Shown here piece after piece: positions 51,956 through 64,000 of a stretch of DNA of 64,000 nt (position 1 is the first letter of the stretch; every line of letters starts with the position of its first letter). The position numbers and the translations under genes are program-made. Below the pieces are notes generated by a model that was given only the letters and a program-made list of their open reading frames with translations, ran no database searches and was not told the origin of the DNA. Source of the DNA: Anthoceros angustus (taxonomy: Eukaryota; Plantae; Anthocerotophyta); the NCBI GenBank assembly GCA_010909165.1, contig VJWM01000172.1, forward strand, positions 434,001 to 498,000. Direction: 5' to 3'.

Positions 51956-52259
51956 GATCCCCATCCATCTCCCCATTTTCACCCTCCGCAGGGACTACGA
52001 CTTCACGGTCTAGATCCTCATCCATCTCCCCATTTTACCCTCTTGCAGGACTACGTGCTTCTCGGTCCATCCATCTCCCCATTTCCCTCTGCAAAGCCGG
52101 ACTACGTACTTCGGTCGGATCCTCATCCATCTCCCCATTTTTCCCTCTCTGCAAGCGGACTATGCATTCTGGTCAGGATCCTCATCCATCTCCCCATTTT
52201 TCCCTCTGCAGGACTATGTACTTCACGGTCCGGATCCTCATCCATCACCCCCAAATTTT
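51956..52259 (+). repeat. Minisatellite, 6 copies
   Basis: Counted cores. Confidence 0.93.
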
Positions 52260-52305
52260 GGTATCCTCCCAAGAATAAGAAGTTGGTATAAGGGAGCAGA
52301 ATGAA

Positions 52306-55300
52306 GATATCTATGGGAGCATAATTGGCTAGATTGTCTATGTTAGCTACGGTTGTTGGTAGGGATTTCTACTTCCCTTTGTGTAGGGATTGTTATCCCT
52401 TCTTCTCTGCTTCTGATGTCTTATGCAGCCCTAGTATATATTTGTTGTGGGGATATGCTTGTGCCTCTCGATGGGGCTTTAGGAGGTGAAATTCTCTTCT
52501 TTTATAAAGCATTAAAATTTTGGTGTAACAAAAGTTACTCTCAACCTTACGGTCTTGCTGCAATCACGAACAAATGAGCGCTCGCTTCGTGAATGGATTG
52601 AGCCGTACCGTGCTTAGTCGAATGCTCCAACTCTTGGAATCCAACGGTGTGGTTGGCGTCAGGATGGATGCTAGCACATTCAAAAATCCAGAGAGATAAA
52701 TCAATTCAAGAAGGATCGCTTGAGGCATACTCCTCTTACAATCGCATGTCACAACGAAGTTATCCGAATGGCTAATAAGAGGCGGTAACTTATCCTAGCT
52801 AGCTTGTTCGAGTTCACATCAGTACATGTAGCTCAGAAGCATCTCCACAAGCCTTCACGAACCACAAGCATTTCCGGGACCTTCCATATCAAGAACCTTT
52901 TGCAGTCGATCAGATCATCTTGGATCTGAAACCAATTCAAGTGCAACATTTACATAGCGATTACTCACAATTGCTTGCTTGAAGCAAGAGCAAGGACTTC
53001 AAGAAGAGCTTAACTAGTTGCACCTCCACAAGCCTTCCAACGAGGCACGCCGTGGACCTCAAGAAGCTTTTGGTCGACTCTTGAGACTAAACATCCTGGA
53101 TTGTGCAACAAACCAATTCAAGTACATTTACATTGTTCACAATTGCTAGCTTGCCAAGAGCAGGGGACTTCAAGAAGAGCGTAATTGGTTGCACCTACAC
53201 TCCAATTACAGTCATTCTACCCTCATGTGCAAGCTAAAGATGAATAAAGCGTGTATGCTCATGATACAATGATGAAGTGGTTGACACCAAACCTTGTTGT
53301 CACGGAGACATACCTCAACATCCAGTTCTCACAAGCTGCCGGTTGCTATTCTAGGCTTGGATTTTCAAGTTCATCAAGTTTTGCCAAGAAGGCGGCCTCG
53401 TTGTGTGATTGACCAAGAAGGACATGCCCTTCAAATGGCCGAGCCAAGGCATGAAGCCTTTCCTGATTGAAGGATAGCTTGGTGAGCGCACCAACACTAC
53501 AACCACCTGATTGGGAAAAACCGTTCCATGTGTAATGCGATAGATGTGCCGCTATTGGGACTATCTTAAGCGATAAGGACGAAGCGGGATCATCAATTTT
53601 CTATGGCGGGCAACTTATGGATCTTTGAGAAATTATTCAACCAGGAGGAAGGTCTTAGCATCATATACTCTTGTAAGAAGTTTAGACACTACATGCTTGC
53701 TTGTAAGGTGGCGTTCCATGTCGACCATTTTGTGTTAAAGTACCTTGTGAACAAGCTAGATTTATCGGGAAGGATTGCTAGGTGGGTCTTGTCGCAAGAG
53801 TTTGATTTTGATGTAGAAACCAGGCCAAGGAAGCAATATATGAATGCCAATTTTGTTGCCCGTCTAAAATTGGAAAATGGAAAATGGATTGTGGCCACTG
53901 ATGACGTCCCATTTCGAGGAGCTAATGTGAGCGGTTAGGGGAGAGGATCATGAGCAAAGTACACATTTGATTGGTAATGGCAGAGAGGTGTTGCAAAGGA
54001 TGACCAAATATGCTCTGTGGAAGGGGTTTTGTGTGGGATTTTGCCGCGAGGACGATCTAGGAGTTCGAGATGAAGTAAAAGAGCAGCAACATGGGTGCAA
54101 GGAGGAGCAAGGTATGTCTTTAAGTGGAAGGGCTGCAAGTGGAGGCCTAGCTTGGCAAAAGGATGTGGAGAAACAAATAAGAAATCGCAATTTGAAGGAA
54201 GGAGAGGTCACAAAAATGGTGTGCCTCATGAGGAGGTGTGCGTCTGGAGTCTAGAAGCGGAGGTAGCTCCGCATTGGTGAGATATGGAAGGATTGTGGAG
54301 AAACCACACTTGAAGAGTGCTTGCGGTGGAGTCAAGAAGAGCGTCAAGTCCACGGTCGATTGCGTGAAGTGGGCGCCAGGAAAAGCAGCAATGTGAGGAG
54401 ATCGCCAGAGCGCGTCCGGGCTAGCCATGAGACTGGCAGCATAGAGATGAAGGCGGCGATGGGCGAGAGATGGCGGTCGATGGCATGAAGTGCCAGCAGT
54501 CGCTTTGCGAGAAGGAGCTGGTTTTACAAGCCAAGTAGAGGCTAGGCCACACCGACATCCCTAGTGGGCAAACCAGAGGGGGGCGAGGTGTACATGGGAA
54601 GAGGAGGGTCGGCGTGAAGGACTCCCATGTCCGCGGTATTTGCTAAGCTGAGGTACTGAAGATTCTTAGAGCAACGGGATCATGCCTAATGGTTTGTCAA
54701 GGAAGGCGTCTTGTTCCCTAAAAGCTAGCGCCTTATTGTCCTACGAGATGGGGTCTCATACAAGCATCGGATGGGAAGATCCAGGTTGTTTGGAAGAAGG
54801 AAGCTACTCATCATAGAAGCTTTCTAAGAGGCCGGAGGCCATTATTTGGTACAAATTACGATGAAGGAGATCCTAGATGGTTTTGGTGGGCCACGATGCG
54901 AGAGGATGTGGATTTTGTTCGAGGTGTGATGCATTCCAACGGGTTGGGAGGCCGACTGTCAACACAATGGCCTCATACTTATATCCTACCTTTGGCACCT
55001 TTAGGAAGTGGGGCATAGACTTTGTGGGTCCCATCAGCCGCCACAAAATGGACAAGGCGAATATATTTTGGTGGATACGGACTCGCACAAAATGGCGAAA
55101 GCAACAAGGAAGGATGATGCACCGGGTGGCAAAGTTTCTCTTTGAGAACATAGTAATTCGGTATGGGTGTCCTTTGGGTGACGATAGGGGAACTCATTTT
55201 CTCAACTCGGTGATTGAGTCTTTTACCTCCTACCTCAATATCAGAGCATCGAAGACAACTCCTTACAATCCAAGGCAAATGGTTTTGTGGAGAACACGAA

Positions 55301-55464
55301 TGGTTTGTTGTGTACAATCTTGACCAAGGTAATACCACATGTATGATTGGGACACCAAATTTATTTTGTGGGCCTACGGTGGAGAAGGTGACCACCAAGA
55401 AGACTATTATTTAACGCGTGGAAGAGGGGCGATGTCGGGTTGTTCGTATCCTCCCCTTGAATTT
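52306..55464 (+). pseudogene. pol: Decayed Gypsy pol, unit 9
   Basis: RH ORF 53603-53938; INT ORF 54877-55323 KWGIDFVGPI..DDRGTHFLNSVIESF..TTPYNP. Confidence 0.9.
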
Positions 55465-55826
55465 CCCTTGACGTCAAACCTCAACTCCTCATGAGTTTAC
55501 GGATGCACAATCTTAACAACTCTATTGATCCTACTTGTAATATATGGAGGAAGTCGACCGGCACATGGTGTTTGACTGGAGGATGAACTAGCCGGGACTC
55601 CGTGGAGACAGAGATCCCTACGACCAAGCGCATCCAATATATCATATCGAGCCACTTGATTTGTGAAATCATTTGAGTAATCCACTGATCTATTACAACA
55701 TCACGGAAGACCAAGCGCTTTCAAAATCTCGATCGAATCACTTGAGTTGCCAAAGTATTTGAGTACTCCATTTGATCCATCACAAAATATGAATGAGCTA
55801 TGCATTTATAGTTGAAACTTGGGTAA

Positions 55827-56419
55827 ATATAGACTTGAAGATGGTTTTGTTCTCATGATATATTATGAATTATCGATAAGTTTTTTTATTTTGTTAGTAA
55901 ATTATAGTATATTTAATATTGATATTATAACAAAACATCATCATAAACATCACAAAAATATTTCCAAGAGATATTGCAATCGTATAACGTTGTTTCCATT
56001 AACTTATAGAATTATCAAAAACTATACCAAAGATAGAGCGTAAGGAAGTTATATAAATAACCTTCTCGATCACTAGATAAAAGCATGGAAGTAATTTGGC
56101 ATAAAAGAAGGTAAACATAGTAAATATAGAAAGTGGATAAGAGTAAAAGTAATTATTGGGGTAGTTTAGGTAAATATAATGGGGCATGATAGAAGCAAGC
56201 AAAGAACTCTTAGTAGGATGGAGCTCTTAGTAGCGGTGGATCACATGCCCTATAAAAATTCAGATGTCGAAAATCTCTTGGAAATATTGTTTGTGATGTT
56301 TATGATGATGTTTTGTTATAATATCAATATGAAATATACTATAATTTACTAACAAAATAAAAAAAATTATCGATAATTCATAATATATCATCGAGAACAA
56401 AACCATCTTCAATCTATAT
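55827..56419. repeat. Fold-back inverted repeat
   Basis: Same arms. Confidence 0.92.
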
Positions 56420-56748
56420 ATGTATGGTCTACACAAATCACAAATCTATCTTCATATATCTATTTCAATCTTACGAAAGGATTCTCATTTTGTTGTCTAA
56501 TGATTCAAGTTTCGTTGATCTATGGCTATGATGATGTTTGTGATGCTATCTTTGCTTAGCATCAATTTTGTGTCACAAGATTGCTAAGAGGTATATAATT
56601 CTTTTATATGTGTATTCCATGTATTAAAATTCCATTTTAGATATGTATATTATGCTTGCTCTCAACTAGCTAGTTTATGTTGTGATGTGTTGTTAAATCA
56701 CTGTGGTTGATGTAGAAAAAACAAAGGAATTCGGACTACATTTGGTCC

Positions 56749-57063
56749 GATCCCCATCCATCTCCCCATTTTCACCCTCTGCAAGTGGACTCGCATTTCT
56801 GGTCTAGATCCTCATCCATCTCCCCATTTTACCGCAGCCGGACTACGTACTTCCTGGTCGGATCCTCATCCATCTCCCCATTTTTCCCTCTCAGCGGACT
56901 CGCATACTTCCCGGTCCAGGATCCTCATCCATCTCCCCATTTTTCCCTCTGCAAGCCGGACTATGTACTTCTGGTCCGGATCCTCATCCATCTCCCCATT
57001 TTTTCCCTCTGCAAAGCGGACTATGTACTTCGGTCGGATCCTCATCCATCACCCCCAAATTTT
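56749..57063 (+). repeat. Minisatellite, 6 copies
   Basis: Counted cores. Confidence 0.95.
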
Positions 57064-57110
57064 GGTATCCTCCCAAGAATAAGAAGTTGGTATAAGGGAA
57101 CATGAATGAA

Positions 57111-60100
57111 GATATCTATGGGAGCATAATTGGCTAGATTGTCTAGCTACGGTTGTTGGTAGGAGTTTCTACTTCCTTTGTGTAGGGATTGTTATCCCTT
57201 CTTCTCCTGCTTTGTTCTGCTTATGTGCAGCCCTAGTATATATTTGTTGTGGGGATATGCTTGTGCCTCTCGATGGGGCTTTAGGAGGTGAAATTCTCTT
57301 CTTTTTATAAAGCATTAAAAATTTGGTGTAACAAAAGTTACTCTCAACCTCACGGTCTCTAATGCTCATTTGGCAATCTAACAATGAGCGATCGCTGAGC
57401 AGGAACGGTCTTTGCGGCCTTGCTAGTCGAATGCTCCAACTCTTGGAATCCACAACAGCGGTGGTTGGCGTCTACTTGAGATGGATGCTAGCACATTCAA
57501 AAATCCAGGAGAGATAAATCAATTCAAGAAGGATCCGGCGAGCATACCTCTCATAATCGCATGTCACAACGGAGTTATCCGAATGGCTAATAAGAGCGGT
57601 AACTTATCCTAGCTAGCAAGCTTGTCGAGTTCGATGTGTGCACGAGTACATGTAGCTCTAGAAGCATCTCCACAAGCCTTCAACCACAAGCATTTCCGAG
57701 GACCTTCCATATCAAGAACCTTTTGCGGTCGACTCGTGAGATCAACATCTTGGATTGTCGCAAAGAAACCAATTCAAGTGCAACATTTACATAGCGATTA
57801 CTCACAATTGCTTGCTTGAAGCAAGAGCAAGGACTTCAAAGAAGAGCCCAACTAGTTGCACCTCCACAAGCCTTCGACCAGGAGGCACGCACTTCCAGGA
57901 CCTTCCTCGTCAAGAAGCTTTTGCGATCGACTTGAGACTAAACATCCCGGATTGTTGTGCAACAAACCAATTCAAGTACAACATTTACATAGCGATTGTT
58001 CACAATTGCTAGCTTGAAGCAAGAGGGGGACTTCAAAGAAGAGCGTAATTGGTTGCACCTACACTCCAATTACAGTCATTCTACCCTCATGTGCAAGCTA
58101 AAGATGAATAAAGCGTGTAGGCTCGTGCATGATACATGATGCTTGACAGTTGACCAAACCTTGTTGTCACGGAGACATACCTCAACATCCAGTTCTCACA
58201 AGGCTCGCTGCACTTGGCTGCAGCCCTAGGCTTGGATTTTCAAGTTCATCAAGGATTTTGCCAAGAAGGCGGCCTCGTTGTGTGATTGACCAAGAAGGAC
58301 ATGCCCTTCAAATGGGAGAGCCAAGGCATGAAGCCTTCGCTAGCTTGAAGGATAGCTTGGTGAGCGCACCAACACTACAACCACCGATTGGAAAAACCGT
58401 TCCATGTGTACGTAGATGCGCTTATTGGACTATCTTAAGCGGAAGGACGGAAGAAGCGGGATCATCCAATTTTCTATCTTTGGCGGGCAACTTATGGATC
58501 TTGAGAAATTATTCAACCACCGAGAGGAAGGTCTTAGCATCATATACTCTTGTAAGAAGTTTAGACACTAGCATGCTTGCTTGTAAGGTGACGCCATTTA
58601 TGTTGAAAGTACCTTGTGAACAAGCTAGATTTATGTGAAGGATTGCTAGGTCCTGCTTGCCGCAAGAGTTTGATTTTGATGTAGAAACCCAAAGCCAAGG
58701 AAGCAATATATGAATGCCAATTTTGTTGCCCTCGAAAATTGGAAAATGGAAAATGGATTTTAGCCACCGATGACGCCCCATTTCCCGACGAGCTAGTAGC
58801 AATGAGCGATTAGGGGAGAGGATTGTGAGCAAAGTACACATTTGATTGAGGTCAGGCAAAGAAGAGGTGTTGCGGAAGGACCAAATGTACATGGAAGGTT
58901 TTGCAGTGATTTGTCATAGAGGACGATCTAGAGTTCGAGATGAAGTAAAGAGCAGCAAAGATGGGTGCAAGGAGGAGCAAGGTATGCTCTTTAAGTGGAA
59001 GGGCTGCAAGTGGAGGCTACAAGCGTTGGCAAAAGGATGTGGAGAAACACAAGAAATCGCAATTTGAAGGAAGGAGAGGTGGCACACAAAATGGTGTGCC
59101 TCATGAGGAGGTGTGTGCGCCTGGAGCGGCGAGTAGCTCCATTGGTGGTGTATGGAGAAGATTGTGGAGAAACCATCCGAAAGAGTGCTTGCGGTGGACC
59201 GAAGAAAGAGCGTCGACAAGTCCACGGTCGATCACATGGCTGGAAAACGCAGCAATGTGAGGAGATCGCTGAGCTGCAGGGCTAGGCTGAGACCAGCATA
59301 GAGATGAAGAGGCAGCGGCGGCGCAGATGAGCAGTCGATGGCCCCAGTACAGTGCCAGCGGCCGACGCCCAGAAGGAGCTGGTTTTGCGCCAAGTAGAGG
59401 CGAGGCAGCAGACATCCCCAGTGGGCAAACTAGAGGGATCGAGGTACATGGGAAGAGGAGGTCGAGCGTGAAGGACTCCCATGTCCACGTATTTGCTAAA
59501 CGGTGAGGTACCAAGATTCTTAGAGCACGGGATCATGCCTAATGGTTTGTCAAGGAAGGGCGTTTGTTGTTCCTCCTCGCTACTTATTGTCTCTGAGATG
59601 GGGTCTCATACAGCTTGGTCCTATGGGAAGATCCGAGGTTGTTTGAAGAGAAGGAAGCTACTCTCATCATAGAAGCTTTGCATGCGGAGGCCATTATTTC
59701 ACAAATTACGATGAAGGAGATCCTAGATGGTGGTTTGGTGGCCACGATGCAGAGGGATGTGGGATTTTGTTGGTGTGATGCATTCCAACGGGTTGGGAGG
59801 CCGACTTTAACTTTGTCAACACAATGGCCTCATACTTATATCCCTTCTTGGCACCTTCGAAGTGGGGCATAGACTTTGTGGGTCCCATCAGCCCACAAAA
59901 TGGACAAGGCAGCAATATATTTTGGTGGATACTTGACTACAAAATGGCGAGGTCAAGCAACAAGGAAGGATGCACCAGTGGCAAAGTTTCTCTTTGAGAA
60001 CATCGTAACTCGGTATGGGTGTCCTTTGGAGTCGGCCGGTGATAGGGGAACTCATTTTCTCAACTCGGTGATTGAGTCTTTTACCTCTACCTCAATATCC

Positions 60101-60324
60101 TGATCGAAGACAACTCATACAATCCCAAGGCAAATGGTTTTGTGGAGAACACGAATGGTTTTGTTGTGTACAATCTTGACCAAGGTAACTCACACATGTA
60201 TGATTGGGACACCAAATTGCATTCGGTTTGTGGGCTTGATGCTGGAGAAGGTGACCACCAAGAAGACTCCTATTTAACGTGATGAAGAGGGGCACGGGGT
60301 TGTTCGTATCCTCCCCTTGAATTT
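57111..60324 (+). pseudogene. pol: Decayed Gypsy pol, unit 10
   Basis: LKDSLVSAPTLQPP (RT/RH connection); INT VAKFLFENIVTRYGCPLE..DRGTHFLN. Confidence 0.9.
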
Positions 60325-60677
60325 CCCTTGACGTCAAACCTCAACTCCTCATGAGTTTCGGATGCACAATCTTACTTTCTATTGATCCCGTCACTTGGTA
60401 ATATATGGAGGAATCGTCAGCACATGGTGTTTGACACGGAGGATGAACTAGGGACTCCGTGGAGATGATCCTCACGACCAAGCGCATCAATATATCATAT
60501 CGAGCCACTTGATTTGTGAAATCATTTGAGTAATCCACCGATCTATTACAACATCCGAAGACATCAAGCGCTTTCAAAATCTGATCGAATCACTTGACCA
60601 ACAAAGTATTTGAGTACTCCATTTGATCCATCACAAAATATGAATGAGCTATGCATTTATAGTTGAAACTTGGGTAA

Positions 60678-61249
60678 ATATAGACTTGAAGATGGTTTTG
60701 TTCTCGATGATATATGAATTATCGATAAGTTTTTTTTAGTAAATTATAGTATATTTAATATTGATATTATAACAAAACATCATCATAAACATCACAAAAA
60801 TATTTCCAAGAGATATTGATAATCGTATAACGTTGTTTTACCATTAACTTATAGAATTATCAAAAACTATACCAAAGATAGACGTGGAAGATATATTACA
60901 AATAACCTTCTCGATCACTAGATAAAAGCATAGTAATTTGGCATAAAAGAAGGAAACATAGTAAATATAGAAAGTGGATTGAGTAAAAGTAATTATTGGG
61001 GTAGTTTAGGGTAAATATAATGGGGCATGATAGAACAAAGAACTCTGAGGTAGGATGGGCATCAAGGCGGTGGATCCATGCTTCCATAAATTCGATGTCG
61101 CAAAAAATCTCTTGGAAATATTGTTTGTGATGTTTATGATGATGTTTTGTTATAATATCAATATGAAATACTATACAATTTAACAACAAAATAAAAATTC
61201 ATTAATTCATAATATATCATCGAGAACAAAACCATCTTCAAGTCTATAT
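60678..61249. repeat. Fold-back inverted repeat
   Basis: Same arms. Confidence 0.9.
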
Positions 61250-61574
61250 ATGTATGGTCCCTACACACAAATCACAAACTATCTTCATATCTATTTCAAT
61301 CTTTAGAAGGATTCTCATTTTGTTGTCTACAATGATTCCAAGTTTGGCTCTAGCTATGATGATGTTTGTGATGCTATCTTGCTTAGCATCAATTTTGTGT
61401 CCAAGATTGCTAAGAGGTATTATAATTCTTATATGTGTGTATTCCACTAAAATTCCATTTTAGATATGTATATTATGTTGCTCTCAACTAGCTAGTTTAT
61501 GTTGGTCCGATGTGTTGTTAAACTGGTTGATGTAGAAAAACAAAGGGAATTAGGACTACGATTTCACTAGTCCC

Positions 61575-61879
61575 GATCCCCATCCATCTCCCCATTTTCA
61601 CCCTCTCGCAGCTTTGGATCACGACTTCTGTCTAGATCCTCATCCATCTCCCCATTTTACCTCCAGTGCCGGACCACGCCGATTTCTGGTCGGATCCTCA
61701 TCCATCTCCCCATTTTTCCCTCTCGCAAGCCGATTTCCTGGTCCATCCTCATCCATCTCCCCATTTTTCCCTCCGCAGGACTATGTTCTCGGTCCGTGAT
61801 CCTCATCCATCTCCCCATTTTTCCCTCAGCCGACTATGTACTTCTCGGTCGGATCCTCATCCATCACCCCCCAAATTTT
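61575..61879 (+). repeat. Minisatellite, 6 copies
   Basis: Counted cores. Confidence 0.95.
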
Positions 61880-61922
61880 GGTATCCCTCCCAAGAATAAG
61901 AAGTTGGTGCGTGAATGCTGAA

Positions 61923-64000
61923 GATATCTATGGGAGCAATTGGCTAGATTGTCTATGTTAGCCAGTTGTTGGTAGGGACTTCCCTTTGTGTAGGGATTGT
62001 TATCCTTCTTCCTTCGGGTGGTCTGTTCTTATGTGCAGCCCTAGTATATATTTGTTGTGGGATATGCTTGTGCCTCTCGATGGGGCTTTAGGAGGTGAAA
62101 TTCTCTTCTTTTTATAAAGCATTAAAAATTTGGTGTAACAAAAGTTACTCTCAACCTTACGGTCTCTAATGCGCAAGTACGAACAATGAGCTCGTTGAAT
62201 GTGAAGTGGTACTCGCTTAGTCGAATGCTCCAACTCTTGGAATCCTCGACAACGGTGGTTACGCCCCTGCCGAGATGGATGCACATTCAAAAATCCGGAG
62301 AGATAAATCAATTCAAGAAGGATCCGGCTGAGGCATACTCCTCTTACAATCGCATGTCACAACGAGTTATCTCGAATGGCTAATAATAAGAGGCGGTAAC
62401 TTATCCAGCTAGCAAGCTTGTTCGAGTTCATGGCGGTGCCTGAGTACATGTAGCTCTAGAAGCATCTCCACAAGCCTTCCAACCACAAGCATTTCGGGAC
62501 CTTCCATATCAAGAACCTTTGCGCCCGACTGTGAGATCAACATCTTGGATTAGCAGCAAACCAATTCAAGTGCAACATTTACATAGCGATTACTCACATT
62601 GCTTGCTTGAAGCAAGAGGACTTCAAAGAAGAGTTTAACTAGTTGCACCTCCACAAGCCTTCGAACGGGAGCGCCGCACTTCCCTCGAAGCTTTTAGCCC
62701 GACTCGAGACTAAACATCCTGGATTGTTGTGCAACAAACCAATTCAAGTACAACATTTACATAGCGATTATCACAATTGCTAGCTTGAAAGAGTGGACTT
62801 CAAAGAAGAGGCGTAATTGCACCTACACTCCAATTACAGTCATTCTACCCTCATGCAAGCTAAAGATGAATAAAGCGTATGCTCCGCATGATATAATCGA
62901 TGAAGGTTGACACCAAACCTTGTTGTCACGGAGACATACCTCAACATCCGGTCACAAGCTGCTCACGGTAGCTATTGACTACTTAGGCTTGGATTTTCAA
63001 GTTCATCAAGGATTTTGCCAAGAAGGCGGCCTCGTTGGCTGGATTGACCAAAGGACATGCCCTTCAAATGAGAGCAGGCATGAAGCCTTTCAAAGATTGA
63101 AGGATAGCTTGGTGGCGCACCAACACTACAACCACCGATTAGGAAAACCGTTTCCATGTATGGATGTTCACGCTATTGGGACTATCTTAAGCAGGACGAG
63201 AAGAAGGATCCAATTTTCTGGCGCAACTTATGGATCTTGAGAGAAATTATTCATGAGGGGAAGGTCTTAGCATCATATACTCTTGTAAGAAGTTTAGACA
63301 CTACATGCTTGTAAGGTGACGTTCCATGTCGACCATTTTGTGTTAAAGTACCTTGTGAACAAGCTAGATTTATCAGGAAGGATTGCTAGGTGGGTCCACA
63401 TGCTGCAAGAGTTTGATTTTGATGTAGAAACCAGGCCAAGGAAGCAACATATGAATGCCAATTTTGTTGTCATTCAAAATTGGAAAATGGAAAATGGATT
63501 GTGGCGAGCCCCATTTCCATTTGACGAGGAGCTAGTAGCGAGGCGTTAGGGGAGAGGATCATGAGCAAAGTACACATTTGATTGAGGGCTGCGTGAAGAG
63601 GTGTTGAGCGTAAGGACCAAATGCATGGAAGGGGTTTTGTGCGTGAGTTTGCGGAGGACGATCTAGGAGTTCGAGATGAAGTAAAGAGCAGCAGCATGGG
63701 TGCAAGGAGAGGAGCAAGGTATGCTTTTAAGTGGAAGGGCTGCAAGGAGGCCACAACGTTGGCAAAAGGATGTGGAGAAAGCAAGAAATCGCAATTTGAA
63801 GGAAGGAGGAGGTGGCACACAAAATGGTGTGCCTCATGAGGAGGTGTGTGCTGGAGTCTAGAAGCAGGTAGCTCCGCATTGGTGGTGTATATGGAGAAGG
63901 ATTGGAGAAACCACACGTCAAAGAGTGCTTGCGTGGAGTGCAAGAAAGAGCGTCGACAAGTCCACTGGCCGACAGTAAGTGCGCGAAAACGCAGCAATGT
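61923..64000 (+). pseudogene. pol: Decayed Gypsy pol, unit 11 (runs off the window)
   Basis: RH ORF 63316-63549 FHVDHFVLKYLVNKLDLSGRIARW..LQEFDF. Confidence 0.88.

Larger units (their letters stand above)
1..64000 (+). repeat. Head-to-tail tandem array (macrosatellite) of a ~4.8-4.9 kb Gypsy-pol-derived unit, ~12 units
   Basis: Anchor cccaagaataagaagttggt recurs at ~2741, 9749, 25435, 30646, 35592, 42482, 47418, 52268, 57072, 61889. Spacing is 4.80-4.94 kb in uninterrupted units; the longer gaps match the sizes of the insertions and duplications. Confidence 0.97.

Noticed and set aside
2782-64000. Intact, autonomous Gypsy elements
   Set aside because: No gag or LTR found, integrase truncated, and shared deletions in RT. 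Some frameshifts may still be sequencing noise.
1-64000. Pure rolling-circle or MDA concatemer artefact
   Set aside because: Unit-specific TE insertions with a TSD and a blockwise VNTR count change argue for a genomic array, although read-level confirmation is still needed.
1-64000. Telomeric repeats, tRNA genes, 45S rDNA
   Set aside because: None seen on either strand.

Overview
This is plant-type repetitive, heterochromatin-like DNA with no host gene or intact RNA gene. The whole window is a head-to-tail array of a ~4.8-4.9 kb unit (10 complete units plus 2 partial). Each unit holds a decayed Ty3/Gypsy pol (protease C-end, eroded RT with a fixed ~193-bp internal duplication, clear RNase H, ~1 kb linker, integrase cut off just after ILPLEF). 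This is followed by a ~300-nt antisense ORF, an AT-rich fold-back (~145-bp arms) and a ~58-60 bp minisatellite. I found no gag or LTR in the unit. Four insertions interrupt units in the left 37.7 kb: a full-length 5.8-kb Ty1/Copia (LTRs, Met PBS, TATTG TSD), two opposite-orientation copies of a 2.05-kb TIR element carrying three tandem 5S-rRNA-like internal promoters, and an unclassified 5-kb insert. Left units have 5 minisatellite copies; right units have 6 and are uninterrupted. The sequence looks like a noisy long-read consensus with indels clustered at C/G-containing spots, so frameshifts and exact boundaries are uncertain. All motif calls were made by eye.
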